This document shows positions 1-9,405 of a stretch of 51,368 nucleotides of DNA, in pieces. The DNA lies in IMG/VR virus record IMGVR_UViG_3300045988_135063; one strand, written 5' to 3'. Within the stretch, counting starts at the first letter, position 1. Every line of letters starts with the position of its first letter. Origin of the DNA: a virus. The notes under the pieces were generated by a model that saw only the letters and a list, made by a program, of their open reading frames with translations, had not been told where the DNA came from and made no database searches. The position numbers were made by a program, and so were the translations under genes.

Positions 1-36
1 GTATCTTGAACATCTTGAGTATCTTGAACATCTTGA
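1..36 (-). repeat. Tandem 9-bp (18-bp alternating) coding repeat gtatcttga/acatcttga at window start; same array as at window end
   Basis: Four 9-mers at 1-36. Nt 1-27 are identical to 51342-51368. On the minus strand they encode (QDT/QDV)n. Confidence 0.9.
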
Positions 37-857
37 GTATTAGCAACGAATTGAGCATCTAACTCTGTTTGAGCCTTTAATTCTTTTAATTGTTCCTGTA
101 ATCTTCTTGCCTCAATTCTTTTTCTTTGTTCTTCAAGTTCTTGCTCATAGAATGCTTTTTCTCTCTCTATATCAACGATTCCACCTTTATTATGGTAAAT
201 CCCTAATACATACTCCACAGAGTTTTTACCCTGTAAATATGCAACATCTAAGCAAGGTCTAAGTATAAACTCATCCATCCCTTTTAAAGTGTCCATTGCC
301 TTAGTATCATTTTTATCACAATTTAAAACTATGCCTTTTTTCTCACACATATCTAGCTTTTTCATAATTCCACACTCAGAGAAATTATACTCAAAGTAAT
401 CGGGAGCAGTTACAGGTACTGCCTCAGTTGTAGTAACCTCTGGAGTTGTCTGATCTTCTTGAGTTGTCTTAGTTTTTGGAGCTTTAGTCCCTTCTGGTGG
501 AGTATCATTTGACGGATTAGGTTTAACCTCAACCTCTAACTCCTCAGTTGTAGTAACTGAATTGTATTTGTAGATAGATAAAGTGTTTTTACTTGTACCC
601 CTTTTAACCATTGTTATTATATCTAAATCTATAAACTCTTTTAAAAGTCTAGTAGCCTTATTTCTTGTTATATTTAGTGCCTCTGATACCTCATGTATTG
701 AAGTATTGAAATATCCTTTAGGTAGATCTCCCTTTAATCTAGTGAAATTCTCCTTTTGCATTAACATATGATTTAGTTGTATTTTTTCTATGTCCTTTAT
801 TACATCAAATTTTAATGTTGTATTATCTAATTGATAAAATCCTTGTGTCTTTTCCAT
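1..857 (-). CDS. Replication organiser/initiator-like protein, N-terminal part (wHTH plus DnaD/DnaB_2-like domain); continues at window end
   Basis: ATG at 855-857 with a GGAGG RBS. The minus frame stays open to nt 1 and remains in frame across the 1/51368 junction. HTH-like segment (TSIHEVSEALNITRNKATRLLKEF). SVEYVLGIYHNKGGIVDIE resembles the DnaD C-terminal motif. Confidence 0.55.
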   Translation of the reverse strand, partial: MEKTQGFYQLDNTTLKFDVIKDIEKIQLNHMLMQKENFTRLKGDLPKGYFNTSIHEVSEALNITRNKATRLLKEFIDLDIITMVKRGTSKNTLSIYKYNSVTTTEELEVEVKPNPSNDTPPEGTKAPKTKTTQEDQTTPEVTTTEAVPVTAPDYFEYNFSECGIMKKLDMCEKKGIVLNCDKNDTKAMDTLKGMDEFILRPCLDVAYLQGKNSVEYVLGIYHNKGGIVDIEREKAFYEQELEEQRKRIEARRLQEQLKELKAQTELDAQFVANTQDVQDTQDVQD

Positions 858-887
858 TTTTCAATCCTCCTAAGTTTTATGTATTTT

Positions 888-916
888 ATTATATATTAAT
901 CATTTCTAAATGTAAA
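888..916 (-). promoter_or_regulatory. Sigma-A-type promoter TTTACA-17-TATAAT for the initiator-like gene
   Basis: Minus strand: -35 TTTACA (911-916), 17-nt spacer, -10 TATAAT (888-893), about 30 nt upstream of the ATG. Confidence 0.6.
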
Positions 917-946
917 GTGGTTTTTAATAACTTTTAATTTACTATG

Positions 947-979
947 TTCAAATATCATTCAAATATCATTCAAATTTCG
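947..979. repeat. Three tandem 11-bp iterons TTCAAATATCA (third degenerate)
   Basis: Copies at 947-957, 958-968 and 969-979. A further copy ttcaaatatc lies at 1121-1130. They sit about 30 nt upstream of the -35. Confidence 0.8.
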
Positions 980-1241
980 ATTATTTTCGGAGCTTTGCTC
1001 CCCTTAATTAAAACCACTACAATATTTTTACGAATTTTTTTTAAAAATTCTTTTTATTACTTTCTAAATAGTATGCTAAAATCCGTACTATAAACTGTAT
1101 CATAAATACCCTTAAAAGCATTCAAATATCTAAATTTAACTGTGTTATTTACTGTTTTAAACACATATCTAGTAACTATACTATTTGATATAGTGTAAAT
1201 TTACTGTATTTTTAGGTATTTGATAGCATATTTCTACAAAA

Positions 1242-1270
1242 ATAGTAATTTATGTTTGCACACTTGTCAA
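1242..1270 (-). promoter_or_regulatory. Possible second sigma-A-type promoter TTGACA-17-TACTAT in the 626-bp intergenic region
   Basis: Minus strand: TTGACA (1265-1270), 17-nt spacer, TACTAT (1242-1247). No ORF of 60 aa or more lies downstream before the 888-916 promoter. Confidence 0.35.
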
Positions 1271-1320
1271 GTAAAAATTTTAATATAGTAATAATTTACA
1301 TAAATTATTAAAAAAAGACA

Positions 1321-1356
1321 AAAAAAAGAATGGAGCAGTTTACCAGACTGCTCCAT
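1321..1356 (-). terminator. Intrinsic terminator after the endolysin gene
   Basis: 9-bp stem atggagcag/ctgctccat (1330-1338/1348-1356). A plus-strand A-run gives a U-run on the minus transcript. Confidence 0.75.
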
Positions 1357-1483
1357 CCAAGACACATTTTATTTTACCAATTCAAATAATACATAAAGGA
1401 GATGGGAAAGGATAATCCCAAATCTTTATAATAATATTTGTTAACGTTATTATAACATATTTATCACTATAAATCAACAAGAT

Positions 1484-2266
1484 TTACAATATCTCTACAT
1501 ACTGCTCACTATCATTACCTAAGCAAATATAATTCCCGACTGCATTGCCCTCAGCATCTTTAAACTTACTCTCCATACTAGCCCAACCATTCATACAATA
1601 AAATAGGTCTACTAATTGATCTTTAGAGAGTTTTCCAATGATAGGGTAATTAGTTCCTCGACCAGAACGAACATTTAACCTCGTAGCTAATACTTTACCA
1701 ATTCTTTGTATATCCCCATTAGGTGGGTAGTTCTTCATAGTACCATCTTGTGGCTTATAGTTAGCTATTCTTTTTTTGAATTTCTCCAAATTTCCGTCCC
1801 TCTCAATAATGACTTGAGGGCATATTTTCCCAGTGTAATCTTTATGCATCTTTACCTTAGATATAGGAATATTATGTATTTTCATTAACTCCCTAACTAA
1901 AGCAATAGCATTATCCTCTGCTAGTTTCTGTCTAGCAGCATCTTTAAACATACAAATCTCTATACCAATAGCTTTAGAATTACCACCCCCAACGTGCCAA
2001 GCCTTTTTACAAGTATCAATATGTTGATATATTTCTTTATCATCTACTGCAAAATGCCATGATGCCTCTCGGCTTGTAGGATCTTGGTTAGCCCTTTTTA
2101 ACGATTTGTGGTAATTCACACTAGGCACTCCCCAGTTACCTGTATTATGAATGGCTATTTCTGTTGGATTTAAAACTGTATTTGGAATACATCTACCTTT
2201 CGGTAAAATCTCATTGCTATAAACTTTTGCTTTGTTTAAAGTTTTACCATGTTGTATAATTGCCAT
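1484..2266 (-). CDS. Endolysin: N-acetylmuramoyl-L-alanine amidase (Amidase_2/PGRP type) with C-terminal SH3b-like wall-binding domain
   Basis: 260 aa. Motifs IAIHNTGN, SWHFAVDD, AWHVGG, IGIEICMF and HKDYTGKICP. C-terminal RLNVRSGRGTNYPIIGKL. Last gene of the late cluster. Confidence 0.88.
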   Translation of the reverse strand: MAIIQHGKTLNKAKVYSNEILPKGRCIPNTVLNPTEIAIHNTGNWGVPSVNYHKSLKRANQDPTSREASWHFAVDDKEIYQHIDTCKKAWHVGGGNSKAIGIEICMFKDAARQKLAEDNAIALVRELMKIHNIPISKVKMHKDYTGKICPQVIIERDGNLEKFKKRIANYKPQDGTMKNYPPNGDIQRIGKVLATRLNVRSGRGTNYPIIGKLSKDQLVDLFYCMNGWASMESKFKDAEGNAVGNYICLGNDSEQYVEIL

Positions 2267-2290
2267 ACCCTAAACCTCCTAAATAAAAAT

Positions 2291-2317
2291 AAAAAAAGAG
2301 AGCAGTATTGCCCTCTT
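2291..2317 (-). terminator. Terminator-like hairpin between holin and endolysin
   Basis: aagagagc/gccctctt stem (one mismatch) preceded by an A-run on the plus strand. Confidence 0.5.
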
Positions 2318-2354
2318 TCTTCTTACTTAGATAACTGTTTATGTATTTATAAAC

Positions 2355-2627
2355 TTACTTTTTACAGGTAATTTCAATATCTATATCTTTTAAATCTTCT
2401 TTTAGAACTGTAAAAGATGTTATTAAATCCTTACCATAAAATGATAATGATGATGTAACCATTCCAATTATCATGCCATCAGTAGTAGGGTTTAATATAA
2501 AACCAATCCCAGTACCTAATAATATACTGATAATAGCCTGTAGGCTTTCTTGTAATGGTGGTTTCCATCTTTGAGTTATTAATTTTAGTGTTAAAACTAC
2601 TATAACAATCTCAAATAAATCTAGCAT
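2355..2627 (-). CDS. Holin (small membrane protein)
   Basis: ATG at 2625-2627 with a GAGGT RBS; the ORF-track TTG start at 2660 is less likely. About 90 aa with hydrophobic helices and a charged C-terminus. Lies immediately upstream of the endolysin. Confidence 0.7.
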   Translation of the reverse strand: MLDLFEIVIVVLTLKLITQRWKPPLQESLQAIISILLGTGIGFILNPTTDGMIIGMVTSSLSFYGKDLITSFTVLKEDLKDIDIEITCKK

Positions 2628-2681
2628 ATTTACCTCTATAAACAAACAATTCACCCCCAAAAATAATAAAGGCTCAATGTA

Positions 2682-5543
2682 TTACTGAGCCTGTTTTAGT
2701 TCTTTTAATTCTTTTATTTCTCTTTTTAAATCATCTATAGTATTAAGTGCATCTTGTAACCCAGTCCATAAAACACCCAATACCGATAATTCCCTTACAT
2801 CATACTGTTTAATACCCTCATCAGTTACATATGATGTACCAATAAGATCAAAGAATGGCTTATTTTGTTCCTCAAGCTCTTGACCTAAGAACCCAACAAA
2901 AGTATCACCATTGTTTAAAGTTCTATATTTATATGAATATAGTGGTGTATTTTTTATACCATCAACAATTAAATCTTTTGTATCAGAGTATGGTGATTCC
3001 TCACCATTTCTAGCCATTTGAGGTTGCTCAACAGGAATTATATCCGCTTTCTCATCTTTTGATGACGAATAAACTGTTCCTGTAGAGGCATACAGAGATG
3101 CCCATCTATTCGATGAAGTTCCACAATAGGCAGAGCTATCTGTTAGTGGTACAAAAGCAGTATTTCCGAATAAATATCTCATCATTGCTTTTGATGTGTT
3201 ATGACTTTCAATAACCCCACCATATACAGTATTTGCACCCGCTGACGATGTTAATTTTATACTACTATGACCTGCACAGAATCTGCCTAAATAATTCTGA
3301 CTTCCAGTACTTCTATATATAATCACACCTCTCCACACATCCTCATAAGCCCCTATATTGATAGATTTCAGACTGACGATATTTTCTGTTACAGAAAGGT
3401 CGCCATCAATAGTTCCACCACTTAACGGTAAATAAGGGTGGGCATGACTTGAACTTGCATAACCAGTATGTGTATGATTAGCATCAGCATATCCAGTATG
3501 GGTATGATTAACAGGTGATGCCCCTATCTCTGTAGCCGTAGGCTTATTACCAGAATGATATATCTTTTGCCATTCTTTCGTACCAGTAGCAGTACCACCA
3601 GTAACCTCACTATGACCAGTCCTAAACCACAGATCATTCGAGGAATGTGTAGCAAATACTTGGAATTGTCGAGTATTACTTTCCTTTACAGATAACATTG
3701 TACCTAAAGTGCTTGGATAACCCTGTTTAGTTCCATCAGATGTATTAGCTATTGATAGCCCTGTTGGAATATTTTTATTAGAAGTTAATCCAGTTATATT
3801 AGCTCTAGGAAGAACACTTCCATCTACCATAAATTTCGCAGAGCCATCTGGAATACAATTAACTCCCACACCTTTCTCCCTAACAGACATTATCGGAGTA
3901 TACTGGTTAATTGTAATGCTTTTAACAACCTCATCAGATAATCCTGTATCGTCTTTGACTGTAACTGTTAAAGAGTATTTAGAACCACTATCTAAGCCTG
4001 TTTTACTTAATATTTGTGGAGATGTAGTTAAATTACCACTAACAACCCCAGTATACACTCTCTTAGAAAATCCTACGTTTGGTATTGTTGTATTTGCTTT
4101 TGTAACAACTTTTAAACTTACACCCTCAGCAGTTCTGTTTACTTCTGTAAATTCAATGCTTGGGGCTTTATATGAGTGTAACTGTATTTGTACTGCATCC
4201 TTTGTACTTTGTCTACCATATGATGTTTTTGCTACAACCCTAAATATATAACCAGTTTCAGATGCCACCGTTGGTAATGTAACTGTAGTAGATGTTGCAC
4301 TTAAATTACTCTTTAATGTAGTAAATGATCCCGTACCTAGTTTGCCCAGTAAATCATATGTAAGAGAACCACCTAGCTTATCAGATGCACCACTCCAAGC
4401 AACTGTAATAGCCTGCCTGTCTGGAATGAAATATGAGCCTCCAGTAGCCAGTGATACCTTACCTGTAATAGTTACTTGAGTAGGTGGGGTAGGGTTAGCT
4501 CTTAAATCTATATCTACTGTAGCACTCTTAGTTATACTAGAACCATAGGCATTAGTAGTTTTTAATTTCAATGTTAAAGTTCTTTGATATACATAGGAAC
4601 TATCGGCAAATTTCTTTAAATCATCGAATTTGATATATGGAGTAGTTGGTACAGTTTCACCAGTTCTCCATATCTTTACAGTAAATGGGGTAGCAGTTAC
4701 ATTACCGTTATAAACGGTTATTTGGTCTGAATAAACAGTATATTTAAATGTAATGTTATCGTCTGTATTTGATGCCCCTTTAAACGAGGCATTTATAACA
4801 TTAGTATCTATATCAATAGAGTTATTTATTGTTAAACTAGCACCTGTTAACATATTGAGTGTGATAATATTAGATGCTATAGGCTCAGACTTTTCTCCAT
4901 AACTATCTACTGCCCAGACTTTGTAATAAATCTCAGAGCCGTGTCCGTACTCACTTATATCGTCAGTACATTGTGTAACATCTGCACCAACTTCTATAGT
5001 TGCTTTATGTACCTTATTCACATATCTATAAATAATATAGCCACTTAAATTACTATCAACTGCTTTAGTCCATGATACCGTAACGGATGCAGTATTTTCT
5101 GGTATAATACCTGTCTTATTAATTACACCAACACCAGTTAATACAGGTGGAGTATTCCAAGTTGAGTATGAAATGTTATATGTTTTGTTAAAGTTTATAT
5201 TACCTCCACCACTTGGTAATATTTCAATCTTTAGTGGGACTGTACCACCAGTAACTCCTACAGAAGTAGTTAACGTAGTTGTAAAGGTTCTATAAGCCTC
5301 TCCACCATACCAACGAGGGGATGCATCCTTAACTTTTAACAACCCAGATGTTTTACCGTTTAATGTAGCTCTCCAGTTTATAGCATATCCGTAAAATGCT
5401 GAGGATGTACTAGCATTAAGTTTTAGTTTCATTGTTATTTTAAACGTAGCACTTGTTGAGGTTCTTCCAGTTTCAACTGCCTCAATCATAGCTTTGAAAG
5501 ACGGTGAACCACTAAAGGCTAACTCATTTTGAATTATTGCCAT
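2682..5543 (-). CDS. Tail fibre / receptor-binding protein with FN3-like repeats, HxH repeats and C-terminal intramolecular-chaperone (Peptidase_S74-like) domain
   Basis: 953 aa. NHTHTGYADANHTHTGYASSSHAHPY. C-terminal SSKDEKADI...LYSYKYR...GFLGQELEE plus a coiled coil. Confidence 0.8.
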   Translation of the reverse strand: MAIIQNELAFSGSPSFKAMIEAVETGRTSTSATFKITMKLKLNASTSSAFYGYAINWRATLNGKTSGLLKVKDASPRWYGGEAYRTFTTTLTTSVGVTGGTVPLKIEILPSGGGNINFNKTYNISYSTWNTPPVLTGVGVINKTGIIPENTASVTVSWTKAVDSNLSGYIIYRYVNKVHKATIEVGADVTQCTDDISEYGHGSEIYYKVWAVDSYGEKSEPIASNIITLNMLTGASLTINNSIDIDTNVINASFKGASNTDDNITFKYTVYSDQITVYNGNVTATPFTVKIWRTGETVPTTPYIKFDDLKKFADSSYVYQRTLTLKLKTTNAYGSSITKSATVDIDLRANPTPPTQVTITGKVSLATGGSYFIPDRQAITVAWSGASDKLGGSLTYDLLGKLGTGSFTTLKSNLSATSTTVTLPTVASETGYIFRVVAKTSYGRQSTKDAVQIQLHSYKAPSIEFTEVNRTAEGVSLKVVTKANTTIPNVGFSKRVYTGVVSGNLTTSPQILSKTGLDSGSKYSLTVTVKDDTGLSDEVVKSITINQYTPIMSVREKGVGVNCIPDGSAKFMVDGSVLPRANITGLTSNKNIPTGLSIANTSDGTKQGYPSTLGTMLSVKESNTRQFQVFATHSSNDLWFRTGHSEVTGGTATGTKEWQKIYHSGNKPTATEIGASPVNHTHTGYADANHTHTGYASSSHAHPYLPLSGGTIDGDLSVTENIVSLKSINIGAYEDVWRGVIIYRSTGSQNYLGRFCAGHSSIKLTSSAGANTVYGGVIESHNTSKAMMRYLFGNTAFVPLTDSSAYCGTSSNRWASLYASTGTVYSSSKDEKADIIPVEQPQMARNGEESPYSDTKDLIVDGIKNTPLYSYKYRTLNNGDTFVGFLGQELEEQNKPFFDLIGTSYVTDEGIKQYDVRELSVLGVLWTGLQDALNTIDDLKREIKELKELKQAQ

Positions 5544-5602
5544 TCTTAAAACTCCCTTCTATTTTATATTTACTTATACAACTATAGAAACATTTTTAAA
5601 CG

Positions 5603-5631
5603 AAAAAAAGAGAGGGGTATAAAGCCCCCTC
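5603..5631 (-). terminator. Terminator-like hairpin
   Basis: gagggg/cccctc stem after an A-run, between the Tal-like gene and the fibre gene. Confidence 0.5.
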
Positions 5632-5635
5632 CCAA

Positions 5636-8600
5636 TTATTTAATGATAAAATCAAAGCCAGAGTTATTATCCGTTGTAGTCCTTGATACCATTTCTATTT
5701 TATTATTTATAGTGATTTTATTTTTAACTGTAAGATCACCATTTACCTCTACCTCAACATCGGCATCAGCTCTGGTGAATTTATAATGTGGGCTACCCTC
5801 TTTAATTGCCCCAGTACTGTGGAATACCATAGAGCCACTATCATATTTAATCGAGTGTGCATACTGACCATATGAACCACTATACCCCATTTTTAGAACA
5901 TCATCCGAATTATTAGGGAATATTAAATATTTTTTATCTGTAGTTATGTTTAATGTTGAATCAGTCATATTTACAGACCTATTAGCTTTATCAAACTCTA
6001 CAACCTTATTATTAGTATTACCGATAATTAAAGTAGTATCAATAAATGATGCATCCTCTTGTAGTTTAATAACCTCTTTAGCATTATTATTGCTACTTAA
6101 TGTGATTGAGCCATTAGTTGAGTTAGTGTCCTCAATTCTAATATTACCGATATCTATAGAACCTGTAACAGTCCCATTAAATTCCCCTTTTGTGGCTATT
6201 ACAGTCCCATCCTGTAAAACTCTAAAAGGAGCAGCATCTCTATTTTCATAGTTAGCCCCTCCCCAGAACCTAACAGATTTATCACCAGTTCCATCATCAG
6301 TTAACCCACCATTAGGTAGTATAACAGAACCCCTAACAACTGCATTATTTAAATAAGCATCACCAGTAGGAGTTAATTTGTAACCACTTTTACCCTCAAC
6401 ATAATTAAATGATGTTAAAGTACCTTTAATATCCGTATCACCAGTTTCAGATATAGCAAATGTGATATTTTTCTGAGCATCCTCTATAACTAAACCTTTA
6501 GCATTAATCTTGTCGGCAGATATAGATTTAGTGTAAATATTTCCACCATTTATAAAAGTCTTATCGGCAGTACTATCATGCACAAAGTTTTTCTTTAACT
6601 CTGAATCAAAAGCATCAAAAGAGATTAACCCTGTTATATCAACCCTTTCCCCAGAGATTTGACCTGTTGTAATTTGAGAGGCATCTAAAGACACAGTTTT
6701 TAAAGCTCCTACAAATCCAGTATTAGCAAAAATATCATCTATCACAAGTTTATTACCTGTAATACTCTCATCGGCTATTTTAGGATTAGTGATAGCCCCG
6801 TCAGTTATTCCCTCAGAATAAACACCGTTCTCGTCATAAAGTACGGTATTTCCATCTGCTCCTCGTACTCTTAAACCATACAGAGAGCCATCATTATTAA
6901 CATCACCAATAGCAACCCTTTCTACTGGAGTAGATTGAGCATCAAATACCTGTAATCTATTATTAGTCATTCTAAGTTTACCATTTACACCAGAGATAGT
7001 AATTTTACCAGTATCAATAGTTCCAGTAGTTATTTTCTCAGCATTAATAGATTTAATTTTAGCACTATCTATAGTGGCATCTTGTATTTTAGCATTAGTT
7101 ATAGAACCATTAGCAACCTTTAAACTAGAAATACTACCATCAACAATATGGGCAGTCCCTATTGCTCCGTTACTAATCATAGCAGAGGTAATAAACCCAT
7201 CTTTAACATTTAATCTATCAGACGATATAGAGCCACTTGTAATATTATTAGCCGATAAATTAATAACATTTATTTTACTAGCATCTATTGATCCTGTAGT
7301 TATACTATTCGCAGATAAATTTTTAACTGTAACTTTACTAGCATCTAATGAGCCTGTAGTGATGCTACTAGCAGATAAATTAGTAACCTTAATTTTACTA
7401 GCATCAATAGTACCAGTAGTAATGTTAGTAGCATTTAGGTTAATAACATTAATTAGCCTAGCATCTAACGTACCAGTAGCAATACTGTCTGCTGAGAGAT
7501 TAGTTACATTAACATTACTAGCATCAATAGTACCCGTAGTGATATTATCAGCATTTAAATTTGATACATCTATAACACTAGCATCTATTGATCCTGTGGT
7601 AATATTATTAGCATTTAGATTTGTTACACCGATAACACTAGCATTGATTGAACCACTTGTAATATTACTAGCATTAATATTTGATACATTTATTTTACTA
7701 GCATCAATAGTACCAGTAGTGATACTATTAGCAGATAGATTTTTTACGTCAATCTTAGTGGCATCTAATGTACCAGTAGTAACATTACTAGCATTGATAT
7801 TTGTTACATTGATTTTTTGAGCATCTATTATACCACTTGTAATATTATTAGCATTTAAATTCGATACATCAATTATACTAGCATTAATCGAACCACTTGT
7901 AATATTATCAGCATTGACATTGGTTACATTTATTTTACTAGCATCTAATGTTCCTGTAGTAATATTACTAGCATTCAGATTTTTTACATTGACTAACTTA
8001 GCATCTATTGAGCCTGTAGTAATACTATTAGCATTTAGGTTAGTAACAGTAATTAAATTGGCATCTAGTGTACCTGTAGTTATCTTATCAGCAGATAAAC
8101 TAGATATATGAGTACTAGATATAGCCTCCTGTCCTATCTTGTCAGAAGTAACTGCCCCATCTTGTATATTCTCCGATGTTACAGGGAATTTACTATTAAT
8201 TGATCCATTTACAATGTTCTCAATCTCACCTTGCAGTTGGTTAGCTAAATCCCTCACATCACTTGTTATATTAGAACGAACCTCTTTAAAGTTTGCTAGT
8301 TTACAAGTGGTTTCGCCTGTCTTACTTTTTTCTAAAACAGATACTCTAGCACTTAATAACATATTAGGTACAAAATCTGTATCTATAACAAAGACCTCAT
8401 CTCCTAATCTTACATCTGAGCCTAATAATTCCACATCCATTTCATAAGTAATTTTTGGCTCTGACCTTCTTTTTAATTCTTTTCTAGTTAGATATAATAA
8501 TTCGTCTGGGCTATCAGTTTCAGCTTTATATACACCTGTAATATGAGAGCCTTTATTATTCCACCTATCGTAAGCATCTTGGTCTATTATAAAATCTTGG

Positions 8601-9319
8601 TTTAAAGGCTTATCATCTGCCGATACAGATTTAAAAGTAATGTTACTATTACCTACACCAATTAAGGCAGTACATAACTCAGATGTATCTACAGTCTTTT
8701 TAACGTTAGTCATATTAACACCGTACTCGAACCTGTGCTTTGTTGTTCTACCTCTTTGAGCAAACACATCAATATACTTTGCTACAATTCTATTACCTTG
8801 TATGTCGACCCTAAAACGTAGCTCTGCCCCAAACGTTCCGATAGCATAATCTTGTAGAGCTTTATACACATTGGTATACTCCGTAATCTCTATAGTGTGA
8901 GTATCAGATAGGGCAATATCTACCATACCTACATTCCACCCAGTATTTTCTAAAATAGTAGTTAATAACTGTTTAATATTTGTAGATGGTATGTTTACGG
9001 GTCTGATAACCTCATTTATCAATTCCATACACACACCCTCACAGTATGCAGTTTTTAGTAAAGTATCACTATGCTCCTCTGTTACCTCTGTAATCTGGAA
9101 TAATTGGAAACCTCCCTCATCTTTAAAGGCTAAATAATTACCGACCTGTAAATAATGAGCCTCTTTAGTGTGTCCTAAAGTGGTTACCTCAAAGGTAGAT
9201 GATGCAGTTTCTAAATCCTCTGTAAACAGATCATCAAAATATGGAGTGGTCTTTGATAAGTCCCCTGTATTACTTAATACCCCAACTATCTCCTCTTTTT
9301 TATCTAAAATGAAAATCAT
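5636..9319 (-). CDS. Tail-associated (Tal-like) minor structural protein with prophage-tail-endopeptidase-type N-terminus and long repeat domain
   Basis: 1227 aa. The N-terminus MIFILDKKEEIVGVL... is typical of siphovirus Tal proteins. Follows Dit. Central 15 x 20-aa repeats. Confidence 0.8.
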   Translation of the reverse strand: MIFILDKKEEIVGVLSNTGDLSKTTPYFDDLFTEDLETASSTFEVTTLGHTKEAHYLQVGNYLAFKDEGGFQLFQITEVTEEHSDTLLKTAYCEGVCMELINEVIRPVNIPSTNIKQLLTTILENTGWNVGMVDIALSDTHTIEITEYTNVYKALQDYAIGTFGAELRFRVDIQGNRIVAKYIDVFAQRGRTTKHRFEYGVNMTNVKKTVDTSELCTALIGVGNSNITFKSVSADDKPLNQDFIIDQDAYDRWNNKGSHITGVYKAETDSPDELLYLTRKELKRRSEPKITYEMDVELLGSDVRLGDEVFVIDTDFVPNMLLSARVSVLEKSKTGETTCKLANFKEVRSNITSDVRDLANQLQGEIENIVNGSINSKFPVTSENIQDGAVTSDKIGQEAISSTHISSLSADKITTGTLDANLITVTNLNANSITTGSIDAKLVNVKNLNASNITTGTLDASKINVTNVNADNITSGSINASIIDVSNLNANNITSGIIDAQKINVTNINASNVTTGTLDATKIDVKNLSANSITTGTIDASKINVSNINASNITSGSINASVIGVTNLNANNITTGSIDASVIDVSNLNADNITTGTIDASNVNVTNLSADSIATGTLDARLINVINLNATNITTGTIDASKIKVTNLSASSITTGSLDASKVTVKNLSANSITTGSIDASKINVINLSANNITSGSISSDRLNVKDGFITSAMISNGAIGTAHIVDGSISSLKVANGSITNAKIQDATIDSAKIKSINAEKITTGTIDTGKITISGVNGKLRMTNNRLQVFDAQSTPVERVAIGDVNNDGSLYGLRVRGADGNTVLYDENGVYSEGITDGAITNPKIADESITGNKLVIDDIFANTGFVGALKTVSLDASQITTGQISGERVDITGLISFDAFDSELKKNFVHDSTADKTFINGGNIYTKSISADKINAKGLVIEDAQKNITFAISETGDTDIKGTLTSFNYVEGKSGYKLTPTGDAYLNNAVVRGSVILPNGGLTDDGTGDKSVRFWGGANYENRDAAPFRVLQDGTVIATKGEFNGTVTGSIDIGNIRIEDTNSTNGSITLSSNNNAKEVIKLQEDASFIDTTLIIGNTNNKVVEFDKANRSVNMTDSTLNITTDKKYLIFPNNSDDVLKMGYSGSYGQYAHSIKYDSGSMVFHSTGAIKEGSPHYKFTRADADVEVEVNGDLTVKNKITINNKIEMVSRTTTDNNSGFDFIIK
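7202..8101 (-). repeat. 15 tandem 60-bp coding repeats (20-aa unit NLNAxNITTGxIDAxKINVx)
   Basis: Counted from the translation as aa 407-706 of the Tal-like protein. The units are diverged at DNA level. Confidence 0.9.
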
Positions 9320-9376
9320 TGAAAAACCTCCTAAAATTTATATCTACAAAGGTATCTATTAAAAGGTTTTTAAACT

Positions 9377-9404
9377 AAAAAAGAGAGAGGCAAAAGCCCC
9401 TCTC
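9377..9404 (-). terminator. Terminator-like hairpin
   Basis: gagagg/cctctc stem after an A-run, between Dit and Tal. Confidence 0.5.
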
Positions 9405-9405
9405 C

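Noticed and set aside
1-27. 27-nt identity of the window ends as a genuine direct terminal repeat of the virion DNA
   Set aside because: The identity lies within a tandem 9-bp coding repeat of a single gene. It more likely reflects where a circular or permuted assembly was opened.
583-771. 62-aa plus-strand ORF
   Set aside because: It is antisense to the initiator-like CDS and has no RBS.
7074-8111. Long plus-strand ORFs (248 aa and 65 aa) inside the Tal-like gene
   Set aside because: They are antisense to the 20-aa repeat array. Their low-complexity L/V/I-rich translations and lack of an RBS are explained by the repeat's codon pattern.
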